From positions 620,001 through 684,000 of the forward strand of contig MU054338.1 in the NCBI GenBank assembly GCA_013239625.1: a stretch of DNA of 64,000 nucleotides, read 5' to 3'. Position numbers and translations under genes: made by a program. The notes beneath the pieces are model-generated. The model saw only the letters and a program-made list of their open reading frames with translations. It was not told the origin of the DNA and made no database searches. The DNA is from Lama guanicoe. Its lineage: Eukaryota. Numbering within the stretch: position 1 is the first letter of the stretch; each line of letters begins with the position of its first letter. Below are positions 49,550 to 64,000 of this stretch, in pieces.

Positions 49550-50300
49550 GAAGTGGGTCAGCCCCGCCCCCGCCGCGCTGCGGCCCCGTTCCCGCTCGCA
49601 GGCGGGAGATTGCGGATTCCGCGCGTCCCCGCCAGTCACTGCGCCCGGAGCCCTCGCGCCGGAGGGGGCAGGGCCAGTGTAGGCCCGGCCCCCCGGCTTA
49701 TGAATATGAGGCACAACCATGAACTCCAGGGCCACGGATTGGCTGGCGCGGAGAGAGAGGCGGGCACGGAGGCGGAGCCCGGCGGTGGCGTACATAAGGC
49801 TGGGCGCGGGGCACCCCCCCAATCACTCGCGCGTTAGGAAGCTCGGCTCGTTGTGCTGCGCCGTCTTCCCGCCTGCGCCAGGGACCTGCCCAACTCAGTG
49901 GTGAGGGCCCTGGCGGCACCGGCTCCACGGGCCCGGGGCTGCGGGCGGCCTGCGACCGGCCGGACGAGGCGGGGCGGCGGCGGCACGCCCCTGGGCGGGG
50001 GCGGCGCCGGGGCGGGCCCGGGGTGGCGTCTGCCCCGCCGGCGGTGAGGGGTAGCAGAGGCCCGGCCGAGCCGCGGCCGGAGGGCGTCTCGGGGGCCAGG
50101 CCCGCCATGAGCGGGGCGCTGCCGCAAAATGGCGGCCCGGAGCGTGAGGCTGCGCCCAGCGAAATGGCGGGAGCGCCGGGTCCCCGGATGGCGGGGCGCG
50201 GAGCGCATGCGCGGGGCGGGACCGGGGCTCCTCCCCGCTTTCCCGTTGAAGTCGTGCGAGGGCAGCACAGTCCTGGGGCCACCCACCCCCCGCGCCCCAA
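49550..50300 (+). promoter_or_regulatory. CIRBP: CIRBP CpG-island promoter and non-coding exon 1 (ends 49900)
   Basis: GC boxes, ATTGG near 49738, TATA-like TACATAA at 49791, donor GTG|GTGAGG after 49900, YY1 motif AAAATGGCGGC near 50126, NRF1 GCGCATGCGC near 50203. Confidence 0.75.
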
Positions 50301-50958
50301 GTGTGGGTCCGATTTGCGCGGCTGCAGGTCGTCTTCTGGCCTGTGTTTCGGAGTCATTAGGCGGAGGCCTCCTAGCCCGTCAGGGGTCAGTCTAAGCACC
50401 CTCCCCACATGCCCGTCCCGCATTGACATCCCAGCGTCCAGTCCTCGGCCACCCTGCACAGCGCCCTACAGTGGACCAAGCACTTTGCCACCCTGCGCCC
50501 CCGTGGCCAGGTTAGGGGTTTGCCCCTTGTTTGCAAAGAACAGAAACCAAGGTTCGCTCAGCCCGGGGCGTTGGTAGCCAATGACTTCCTTGAGGGTCCA
50601 ACCCTAAACGTCCCATGAGGGCGCATCCTGGCTGGAGTTTTGGAGCCCCACAGCCAGGGCAGCACTGAGGAACCGCGCTCAGAACTGCGGTGTGGCCCCA
50701 CCCCTCAGGGAGCCCCCCAGTCTTAGGGGGACAGAGTTGGCCCAAGCACAGAAAAAGGGCAAGGGCCTGAGGTGATAAAGGAATTAAGGGCTTATTTGAG
50801 TTAAGTCCTGGGTGTAGGCTAGGGATGGTTAAGGAGCAGAAAAGTACCTTTCCATTGTGTCCCCCAGGAGCATATGTCGTTTAGAGTGAAGTAGAGAGGG
50901 GTGAGTCTTGAGCCCCAGCAGGACCTCAGGATTTCAATGGTGTTTGCCACAGGCCACC

Positions 50959-52180
<1,222 letters not shown>

Positions 52181-55100
52181 AAATCCTTCCTGCTCAAGAT
52201 CGTCCTTCCAATGGCTGTATATTTAAAGATTGTGGGAGCTGCGCTGAATCGTTAATGGTGTAGTGAACACACCTCCTTGTCCCCACTTCTGTAGTCTTAA
52301 TCAGTTCCGATCTTGTCGAACACAGCCTGACTGCTTCTGACCCCCCCCATGGCCTCATCACTACACTTTTCTTTTTAAGGAGGCGTTGTCTGTTTTTAAA
52401 GGTTTGCAAAACGTTTTGAAAAGCACTCCAGATCTCACTTTCACCTTTTTACCACGAGCCGTGAGTTTTAGAAAGTCATCAGGGGTTGTGTGGGTTTTGC
52501 TGTTTTTGATTCGTTGCCTTGTTTCTCTTTTTGGTTGGTCGGCCCCATGAAGTGGGTGCCCCAAGTCACTTCTCTTTGAGAGAGATCCGACTGTGAATCC
52601 ACTCTGTCAGAAGCTGAGCACGCTGTGGCTTTTTCCCAACTGCGTGTCACGTTTCTGAGTGTGGGTGGTAGGACCGTCCCGGTGGCAGTGGCAGAGCCGG
52701 GCAGCTCGGCCCGGCCCGTGTGCCCACCTGTGCTGTGTGACCCACGGTAGACTTGCAGACGTCTCCGAGAGGTTCTTGAAAACGTTTATTTATACCGTCC
52801 TTTTTACTGGAAGACGTATGCATATCCCATCCGTGTTGTATTTGAAGTGGTTGAGGAATTCTTGTACGCAATTCTCTTTGGCTTCACGAAGCCGATTAAA
52901 AGACCATCTGAATGAACCTCGCTCTGACCATCTCCCTTTGATTACACAACACGCTCCCTGCTGCGGGCTCAAGGCAGGCAGGCCTGAACAGAGAGGGCAG
53001 CTTGAGGACTAGGCCTGCCGGTCCCGCCTGAGGCTGCCAAGAGCTAGACAGGGAAGGCAGAGTCAGTGCCCCTGGCCGGGCCCCCGTGACAGCAGACTGC
53101 CACCCGCTCCAGTTAGGTGAGCAGGTGGGTAACGGGAGCGGGCTGCTCGGACGCCAGGGCAGCCCCGGGAGGCTTCTGGCAGTGGCAGCTGGAGGGCTCG
53201 ATGGGGTGGGCAGCTTAGCAGGGATGGTGGACATGGGGGCGCCTGACGCTGACCCAGAGCACCTTAGTCTAGAAGCAGGCTGGAGAGCAGACGCAGGCAG
53301 TGTCCCTGGGTGACCACGGACTGACCGACTGGCTCATTAGCTAGCTTTACTGTTGCTTTACAAGTTCCAAGCGTTCTCTGCTAGCCTATGGAAGCTGCAG
53401 CCCCTCGGAGGACAGAAGTGTTGTGCGCCCAACAGAAACCTCTGAGATGCAAGCTGCTCCCTGGGCTAGCTCATTTGTGGAGATAGTCCTGTAACTCGAG
53501 GTAACTCCTTTTGCTCGTCCGCATCCCTCCTGTCGAGAGCTCATTTGAAAGTCACGTACCCGGGGAATGTTCCTTTGACTGTTTTTTGCTTTTCCATTTT
53601 CCTTTTTTTCTTTTTTTTTTATATCGAGCTAGAGCTAAAGGCATTCCCAGCCGTTCGCCCTCCCCCACCTGTGGCCAGGCGAACGGTCCGGGAAGTTGTG
53701 CCTCTCCAGTAGGTTCGATCTGTAAGCAGGGTTGCAGACCACCTAATGAACACCTTGTCTTTTGAATTTTTTTGTTCGTCAATTGTCAATTGATCGTCTT
53801 TTCCAGACCTCTTTAAGTCCCACTCCTGACTAGCTCTCTCATGTCTGTTGCCTCCATGAGTTTTCCCTCAGTGCCCACACCAGTTCTGAGCAGCTCCATC
53901 CTGAGTGGTAGCTGGCCCTGCTTAAGAGTGGAAAGGTGGCTGGCCCATCTGAAAGGCACAGGCCCACGCTGGCCTGTGGCAGGGGCTCTCGGGTTGGCTC
54001 CAGTGACTAGCTTGAGACCCTCCTAGGAGCTGTGGCCGGTGTTGGGGGAGATGGGGAGGGGCAGCTGTGAGCTCAGCAAGGGTGTCGGGGTTAACGCTCC
54101 TCTGCTTTGGCAGGTTGAACAGAAACTGGTGCAACTCAGAAGGGTGGCCCAAGAGCAGCAATGACCTGGGGTCACTGTCCCAGGAGGGATGTCACCTGGG
54201 AGCGAGAGCTGGAGGCTCAGCTGCCTGCCCTTGCGGCCTGACCCCTGTAAGTGCTTGTGTGGCCCTTGGGCCCTGGCGGTACCTGGCCCTTGTGGTGGGT
54301 TCTCTCCTGGCTGCCTGCCCCGCTGTGCCCCTGGTGGGGGCAGGTGTGTGCCTCCCGCTGGAGCCAACCCTCCTTTTCTCCCTTCATCTCTCCTCTTTCC
54401 AGCAGGTGCTTCACTGGCAAGGTTGGGGTGCGGGGCTTCAAGGTGCTCCAGGAAGACGGGTGTATGGTGCTCTCATGGTGGCCAGTCTTCGCCCACCCTT
54501 GAGTGTAACAAGACAAATGTGGAAGTCGCATTTAAATAAAGGGATGGTGTGTCCACCCAGTATTCTTGAGTCTGGTGTAGGGTGAGGCTGTGGAGGCGGG
54601 GGGAGGGGGACAGGGGGGAGAATCCCTGGAGAAAGGCTCTTCCGGCTTTGTTCAGGGCTTGAGCTGGATGCAAACCAGGAAGGCCAGGTGGTCACGTCAT
54701 TGCCCCCTTGGGGGTCTGAGGGACATGGTCAGCCTGAGCTGAGGAAGAGGTGGTCCCCAGACCCCCCCCCATCCGAGTTGAGCACATGTCTCTCCCAGGG
54801 TCCAGGCCGAGCTCTTGGCCGAGTGATCCCCCAGCACCTTCCTCTTTGCCGCCCACGGAGCCGACCTTGCTTCCCAGGTTCGTCGCTTCCTGCCCTGGTC
54901 TTGGGGTGCACAGCGTGGGGTTGAGCTCTGGGCCCATTACCTCCAGTCCTAGCAGGGCCATGAGATGGCCCTCAGGGAGGGGCAGAGGCAGCGGGCCACG
55001 GTGCTGGTGTCCCCGCAGCCCAGGGCGAGTGGGGGCGGGACCACAAGAGTTCCCAGGGCCCAGGGAGGAGGGCGGTTGCAGGGCACGGTCGTGCCCGCTC

Positions 55101-55316
55101 CTCCCTCGCGACCTCCGCCACCTTTGGGCGTTCCCGTGGGGCGGGGGCATTAAGCGGGAAGCGGCGGCTGCTTGCAGCCTGTCGTCCGTCTGCAGCCGGG
55201 AGCCCGGCTCCTGTGACCCGCCCGCGGCTGGGCGCGCGGGGGGCGGGGCACTGGGGGCGCTTCTGGCCCCGCCCCCGCGGACCATTGGCTGGCACCATCC
55301 CCGCGGAAGTGAGTGA

Positions 55317-57583
<2,267 letters not shown>

Positions 57584-58408
57584 TATTCAGGCCAGGAAGC
57601 GGCATTTCCAGTGGCCCCGGGGGAAGGGTAAGAGACAGGGCCTACTCGCAGTGCTGGGAACACCCCACCGCTTCTGCCGGCCCAGAGAGCTTGTGTGGGA
57701 CCTGCCCGGCCCTCCCGAAGCTGCTTTGGCCCTCCAGCGAGATGAGACCGCCCGGGATCCCGGGTGGAAGCAAGAGGGGCCCTGGCAGCCCCACCCTGGA
57801 CTCTTGAGATCGCCGGGCCAGATTGTGACTGGTGCCGATTGCCCTTTCCACTGAGGCTTGGTAGCCCTGGGAGCACCTCACCCCCGGCTGGGGACAATAA
57901 AGGCAGCAGTGCTTCTGTAGCTGATACCCCACTCCGCAGTGGGCCAGATCCAGTGTCCTGACTCCTGGGTGAGGGGTGGGCAGCAGACCTGGGCTCCCTG
58001 TGGGCCTCATTTTTCTCACCTGTGACCACCTGGCCCCATGCCCAGTTGTCCAGAGGGTCCGGTGAGGAATCCCAGGAAGTGGACGGAGAGATGGGGGAGA
58101 CCTACACCCACTTGCCTGGAAAAAGGCCTTGCCAGTCATTGCCTCTGGGCCTAGAGAGAACAACTCTTCATCCATCAAAGCCCCTGCTCAAGGGGCCACC
58201 CACTCCATGCTTCCTGCAGCCTGGGGGCCGTCAGGGGCCGTGCCCTCTGGGATCCCTGCCTTACCACGCACACTACAGCTGAGGGGGCGTTTCCCAAGGA
58301 GCCTCAGGCTGTAGTGCACACATCTGGACCTGCCTGCAGACTGAGAGCCCCTGTGCTGACCCTGCCTCTCCCCTTTCAGCCTCCTGTGCAATCACTGATG
58401 AACTTGAT

Positions 58409-58677
58409 CCCCCATCCAGGGCACCTGAGACCTGTACTGGTGTTCAGGTCTCCATCCTGGCCACCTGAAATCCATCCCAAGCACTTGAACGCCATTCAGG
58501 CACCTGAATCCCATTGGGGCAACCCAACACTCATCGCAGGCACCCAGTCCCCATCCTGAGCACCTGAGCTCCATCCCAGGCACCTGACCCTCATTAGGGT
58601 ACCTGACTCCCCATCCTGGGTCCTTGAGTCTCATCAGGATACCTCAGCTTTCATCCAGGCCACCTCGTCCCCATCCC
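58409..58677. repeat. Degenerate ~20-bp tandem array (consensus ~CCCATCCNNGGCACCTGANN, about 13 units)
   Basis: CCATC...CACCTG recurs with about 20-nt periodicity; CACCTG starts at 58422, 58462, 58501, 58561, 58581. Confidence 0.75.
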
Positions 58678-58890
58678 TCTTAAGGAGCTTGCGTGATGAG
58701 TTCTGCAGGCCTTGTCTCTCAGGCAGAGTCCAGCTCTGGCCTTTTCCTCTCCACTCCCACCCGCTGTAAGTTTGATCCTGGAAAATAGGAGAGGAGGGGC
58801 TGGCATTGGCTGCCCATAGCCTGAGGTCTACGCCAGGCCACTGGCTGGAGCCACCAAGAGCCCGTTAAGTAGGAGGAGCTGTTACTAGGA

Positions 58891-58909
58891 GCTGCCACCA
58901 GGTGGCAGC
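58891..58909. promoter_or_regulatory. Palindromic CTCF-like site
   Basis: GCTGCCACC-A-GGTGGCAGC; contains the CTCF core match CCACCAGGTGGCAG. Confidence 0.55.
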
Positions 58910-60901
58910 CTTGTGCCACCTGGCCTCTATCCTGCTGGCCTGTGGTCCCAGGTGTGGCCTGAGCTAAATCATTGCACAGGTGAGGAAATAGGTCCAGCTG
59001 GAGCCCCATTTTTAAGATGTTCTGAGCCCCACCTTGTCCTCATGACCACCGTGGATGATCCCAGCCTGCCGCCCACTCGAGGTCCATCAGCCCCCGGGGC
59101 CGTCTACCTTGGAGTCCTGCTGACCCTCCCTGCACAGCCCAGTCCTCGATCCCTCCCTGCCACCAGGGTGTAGAGGAGCTGTCTCCATCACGGTCAGCTG
59201 GTCACCCCTCTCTCCAGCCGGGGTCCTCTGCGCTGGTCTCTGGTCAGCTTCATTGGGCATCTCTATTGGCAACCCCAGCACCATCCCGCTCCAAGTCTGC
59301 ACGCACTTCCTCCCCCTTTACTGATGCCCAGCTGCCACCTCTAAGAAGTCCTCCCTGATGCTCCTTCCCTGACCCTGGTTCTTTGGGAGGGTCCTGCACT
59401 GAAAGGCCAGCCAGCAGGTCCTTGGAAGTTTGAGGAAGTAAGGCCAGAGCCCCTGAGAGGCCCCAAGACTTCACCCCCCCGCCCTTCAGGCTCTGGTGCT
59501 CTCTCCCCATCTGTTCCTCTGTGGGTCTCTCTCAACGTGTGTCTGTCTTTATCTGACTCTGAAGCCCTCCTTGCCTCTGTCTCTCTCCGTCTGCACTGCC
59601 TCTTTCAGTCGCCTTCTGTTTCTGTCTGTCCCTCTGTCACTTCATCTCTCTGCGTGTCTGCCCCACTGGGACACGCTTTTTAACAGGCGCGCAGACACCG
59701 TCCACGGTCCCCCCACCTTGTGATCTGCGCCCCTTTCCCACAGCTCTGAGCGATTTCTCAAGCTTCAAAAGGCACATTAATTACTCTAATGAGGTCAGGA
59801 GAGACCCTGCGCTCTGCCATCCGGAGCCGGGAACGCACTGCGTGCCCCTGCAGCCTGGCGCCTCCTGCCCGCCCCCCGCGGGTGGGGAGGGGCGCCCCGC
59901 CCGCTTCCCGGCCCCTGCGCCTGTCAGCGGCCGTCAGCGCGCTCACCCGCACCCCCGGCATTAGTGTCGGGTAATTGGCAGCCCCCGCCAAGGTTAATGC
60001 ACTATTAGCAGGAAGTTCTCCACGGCTAAAAGCCGGGAGAGGGGCCTGTCAACATGAGATGAAAGGCCCCGGGTCCCGACTGGCTTGAGGGCCACGTGTT
60101 CGTGTACGTGTGCGTGTGCATGCGAGCCCGGCAGGGGTTACCAGCACCTTCCTCCACCTCACGCACTCACATATGGGCACAGGCACAAGTCGTGGTAGCA
60201 AGGACACGACACAAGCCATCACAGGCGGGGTGGACACAGGACAGACAGGCTGACACAAACGTGCCTGCCGCGGGTCCCAAGCCTGTGCAGGGTAGGGGCG
60301 CGTGGACCCACAGCCCTGGGCCCTCGAGGCGCTTCCCACCACCTCCGTTCCCGCCCCACCCGGGAAAGCCCACGGGGTGCTCAGCAAACCAGACCGGGGT
60401 GGGGGGACGGTGACGGTGACAGGCTGGCTCCTGGGTGGCTTGCCGTGTGGTTCAGACAGGATCCTGTCCCCAACCTCAGTTCTTCTGGGGAATGGGGCCA
60501 GGTGGGGACGGATGAGCTGGACACCTTGGGCTCCCTAAGGGGCAACTCGTGGGGGCTACTGTGGGCTGGTGGCAGTGGCCAAGGTGAAGTGTCTTCGGTG
60601 GAGCTGCCAGGCTCCTCTGCCGGCTCTAATGTAGTCTCATGTGTGGCCCCAGCACCCAGCAGGACCACCTCCTCCTCACCTGGCGTCAGCAAGCTAGGGA
60701 GCTGTGCCCTCCCTGGGGTCCCCAGGATCCACCCCCTGATTCCCCCGTCCCTGCTGAGGACTCAGCCCCCTGGCACCCTTCTCATCCTCTCTGAGCAGTC
60801 TGAGTCACCACCTCCTTCCACACAGCCCTCGAGGTCCTGGTCCTAGACCAGTGTGGCTGTCCAGCTGCACCCCCAGACGTGGCTCCAAGTAGGTCCCAGA
60901 A

Positions 60902-61132
60902 CTGCGCTGCCCAGTGCAGTGACCGTGACCAGTGCCACTCAGCACGGTGACCGTGACTAGCTACTTGCCTTTACGTCAACTGAAGACAAGTGAAATCTAA
61001 AGCCCTGTTCCTGGTTGCACTGGCCCCGTTTCACATGCCCAGTAGCCACGTGGAGCTGGTGCTGGTGCCCGTGTGGGACAGTGTGGATGGGGAACGTTTC
61101 CATCCGCTCAGGAAGTTCTTTTGGACAGTAGT
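60902..61132 (-). mobile_element. MER3-like hAT-Charlie DNA transposon remnant
   Basis: gttcctggttgcactggccccgtttcacatgcccagtagccacgtgg...gaacgtttccatc...gaagttcttttggacag resembles the reverse complement of MER3. Confidence 0.65.
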
Positions 61133-64000
61133 GGTCCAGATCCTAGGCTGGCAGGTTGCCATGGGAGGAGGGGTCCGTGTCCAGGCCCTGGGGCTGGGAG
61201 CTTGGAAAGCGAGGATGGAGGAGGGAGGGCGGGAAGGAAGAAGGGAGGAGGCTGGGGAGGAGGAAGAAGGCAGGAGATGCGGAGAAGGACTGGGAGGAGG
61301 GGATGGGAAATTTCAGGGACGGCACCTGGTTGGCCTAGCTCTGGCCTGGCAGTGGAAGTAGCAGGAATCTTAGGTCCGGGCTGAGGTTACGGGGCCTGAC
61401 TGGACACTGGATCCTGAATACAAGAGTGAGAATTTTAATTTATCGTTAAGAGAGGGACCCATTTGTTTATTCTCAGTGACGGCCTGGGTGTCTCTCCTTG
61501 AGATCCCCCCCCAGGTGCCAGCCAGGCTACTGCAGATGCTCCCCACTCCTGGTGGGGACTCACCCCAGGCCGCACTCTGACCGGGCTCGGTGCAGCCCCA
61601 GACCCGCCAAGGCCCCGTGCCCGCCTCCTGAGGAAGGCTGGGGCCACAGCAGACTGTGGGTTTGGTCCAATTTTTTCTGTCATATGAGAAATTTCTCCCA
61701 GCATATTTTTAGCTTCCTCCAAGGTGCTATGGCCTTTGAAGGTTGAGGGGTGCTAGACGATGATCCCCAGCCCTGGGGGTTCACTTTGTGGGCTGGGGCG
61801 GCCGGCAGCGGGTGATGGGTGATGGGGGTTGGCGGGCATGGGGTTCTGGGTGCTGGGTCATCAGTCAGTGGGCGGGAGGCCATAGGTACTAGGCCAGGGG
61901 TGCTGGGCTCAGGCTAGGGGCAGGTCCTCACGTCTGGGGCAGACCCTTGAGCCCAGGAATGCAGACCATGGTGGACGAGGACAGACCCCCACCAGGGACC
62001 CTGTCCTGGGTCTGGGCCTGGGACTGACAGTTGACCCTGAGTGAGCCTTGAAACCAAGACTGACCCCTGTCCCCAAAGTAAACCTGACCTTTGACCCCTG
62101 ACTCCAGTAGAAGCTTACGCCAGAAAGACCCCTGACCTTTGCTGGCCGAGCCTGGAAACCAGGACAGCCAGTTCTGCGAAGGGACAGAGCCTCTAGGGCT
62201 CCCCAGCTGCCCCACCAGGAGGGGGTCTCCAAGGGCAGCTGGGCAGCTGGTCCTACATCCCCACTCCCGCCATGCCCTGGGCCAGGCCGCGTTGCCAACC
62301 TGCCCTCCCCTCCCAGGGACCCCTCCTCTGGGAGCGGCCGGCGGGCGTAGGGAGGTTGAATGGGGGACGTGCGCCTTTGTTCCTGTCCCTGCTCCGGCTC
62401 TGACCTTGAGAGAGAGACAAGAACAGAAGGAAAACGGAGCTTCTGCTCAAATCCGCGCAGCGGCAGCGGCTCTCGCCTCGGTGGCCCCTGCATGCAAATG
62501 AGCCGACCCATCCAGGCCTTTGCTGGGGCCTCCACTTGCCCCATACGCCCTTCTGGCTCCCTACCTGCCCAAGTCTCAGTCCTGCCAGGTGTGGCAGAGG
62601 AGACCCCCACCCACCTGTGAGGTCCCATGACGTGGGAGGGTGTCTGAGGGCAGAGAGAGCACAGGAGACCCCCTTTGTGGGTCAGGACACCAGGCTGGGC
62701 CAGGCCTGGCTCCTGGGGCTCTCAGCCCCTCTTCCCGCGCTTGAATCCCACGCCTCTGCTTGGAGGACACCAGTCCAGGAGTAGCCTCCCCATCTCTCCC
62801 CAAAGAGCCAGCCAGCCAGCCGGGGCCGAGCCTGGCCTGTGTTGCTGGACCCCAAGCCTTCACTTCAGCAGCTTTCTGTTTGAAGGCCTTGCCAGGTGAC
62901 CCTGGGCCAGTTCTGGCCCTCTGTGGGCCTCCTGGGCCAGCCCTGGGACTTCAAATTTGGGCGCCTGAGGTCAGAGGACAAGACCCAGAAGCCAGGCACC
63001 CAAAGCAGATGTGCTGAGTCCCTTGGAGGGCGGAGGGCAGAGGACAGCGAGCCTTGGGAGGGGTGGCAGAGGCACAGGGAGGCCATGCCTTGAAGGAGAA
63101 CTTGACTGGGAAGAGAAGGGGAAGGGCTCCCAGGCAGGGTGCAGCCCAAGCAAAGGCGGGGAAGTGTGGGGAGGAAGAAGCTCGGAACAGGCGACACACG
63201 CTCACAGCGGAGGTGGCGGCACTAGTGGCTGGGATGGGTCCGTCTGCCATCCCTGCCTGGCTGGGGCAAAGCTTGATTTGTCAGTCTCTGGCCTCTCTAG
63301 GTTCCTGCAAGGAGTTCCGGTGATCCCTCACCCGGGGACCTTCCAGCTCTTGGCCCCCAGACCCTGCGCCAGGCCTGGGAGAGGGACACAAACCCAGACA
63401 GGTGGAGTCTGGCTGGCGCCACTGCCCTTCTGCAGCCAGCACTTGGTGACAGTGTACCTCCACCAACTCGGAGTCTGGCTGGGGAGACTAGGGCATGAAT
63501 AAAGACAGGAACGAAGGACAGGCCCCAGGTCCTTGCCCACAGGCCGCGCCACCCCTGCCCCAGGAGTGACTGCTCCGAGTCCCCTCGACCAGTCAGGGGC
63601 TCTGGCCCTTGGGTGGAGCTGGGCTCTCTCCTCAGCATCCTTCCTGTCCTCTGCCCCCGTCAGGCTCCCTGCGCTCCCATGTGCTGCGGGCCTGGACACC
63701 CCTCTGGGCCGCCAGGAGTACAGGAGCCTGCTCACTACCAGGCACCCTTAGGGACCAGAGGAGGAACCAGAGGCTCAGAGGCCAGTGCCCTGAGGTCCTC
63801 CCTGGAGGCAGCAGGTTTTGGACTTGGGTCGACCAGACTGCAAAGTCTCCATCAGGCTGGATAGGGCGGCACGGAGTTGGCGCCGCCTGGCCTAGGATTT
63901 GGGGGTCTGGGTTCGAATAAGGGAGGCAAGCTAGGGGTGAGCTATCTCTGTGCCTGCTGCTCCACCCGTGGGGCCAGGCTCTGCAGATTAGCTTGGTGGC

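Noticed and set aside
58409-58677. CRISPR-like interpretation of the periodic array
   Set aside because: Mammalian DNA, degenerate contiguous units, no unique spacers and no cas genes.

Overview
GC-rich mammalian genomic DNA with two N-gaps (3514-3631, 19417-19557). The gene order matches the human 19p13.3 block: STK11 (+, exons 2-10; exon 1 lies upstream of the window), CBARP (-), ATP5F1D (+), MIDN (+), CIRBP (+), FAM174C (+), then non-coding DNA that by synteny should lead toward EFNA2. I built the exon models by hand from splice sites and reading-frame continuity. Most entries in the ORF track are GC-rich noise. Recognisable repeats are old (L1MB-like, MIR, L2, MER58A, MER3); I saw no Alu or B1/B2, so the host is probably neither primate nor rodent (species not determined). 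I found no wholly new protein-coding system. The best leads are RNA-processing and regulatory: a U12 AT-AC intron with an adjacent candidate cryptic donor in STK11, alternative 3' exons of CIRBP, a 43-aa MIDN cassette exon inside the Catch domain, an orphan promoter between MIDN and CIRBP, two L1 relics sharing derived GC-shifted sequence, a stop codon split by an intron in FAM174C, and a degenerate 20-bp array next to a palindromic CTCF-like site. Comparisons with human sequences are from memory and need an alignment to confirm.
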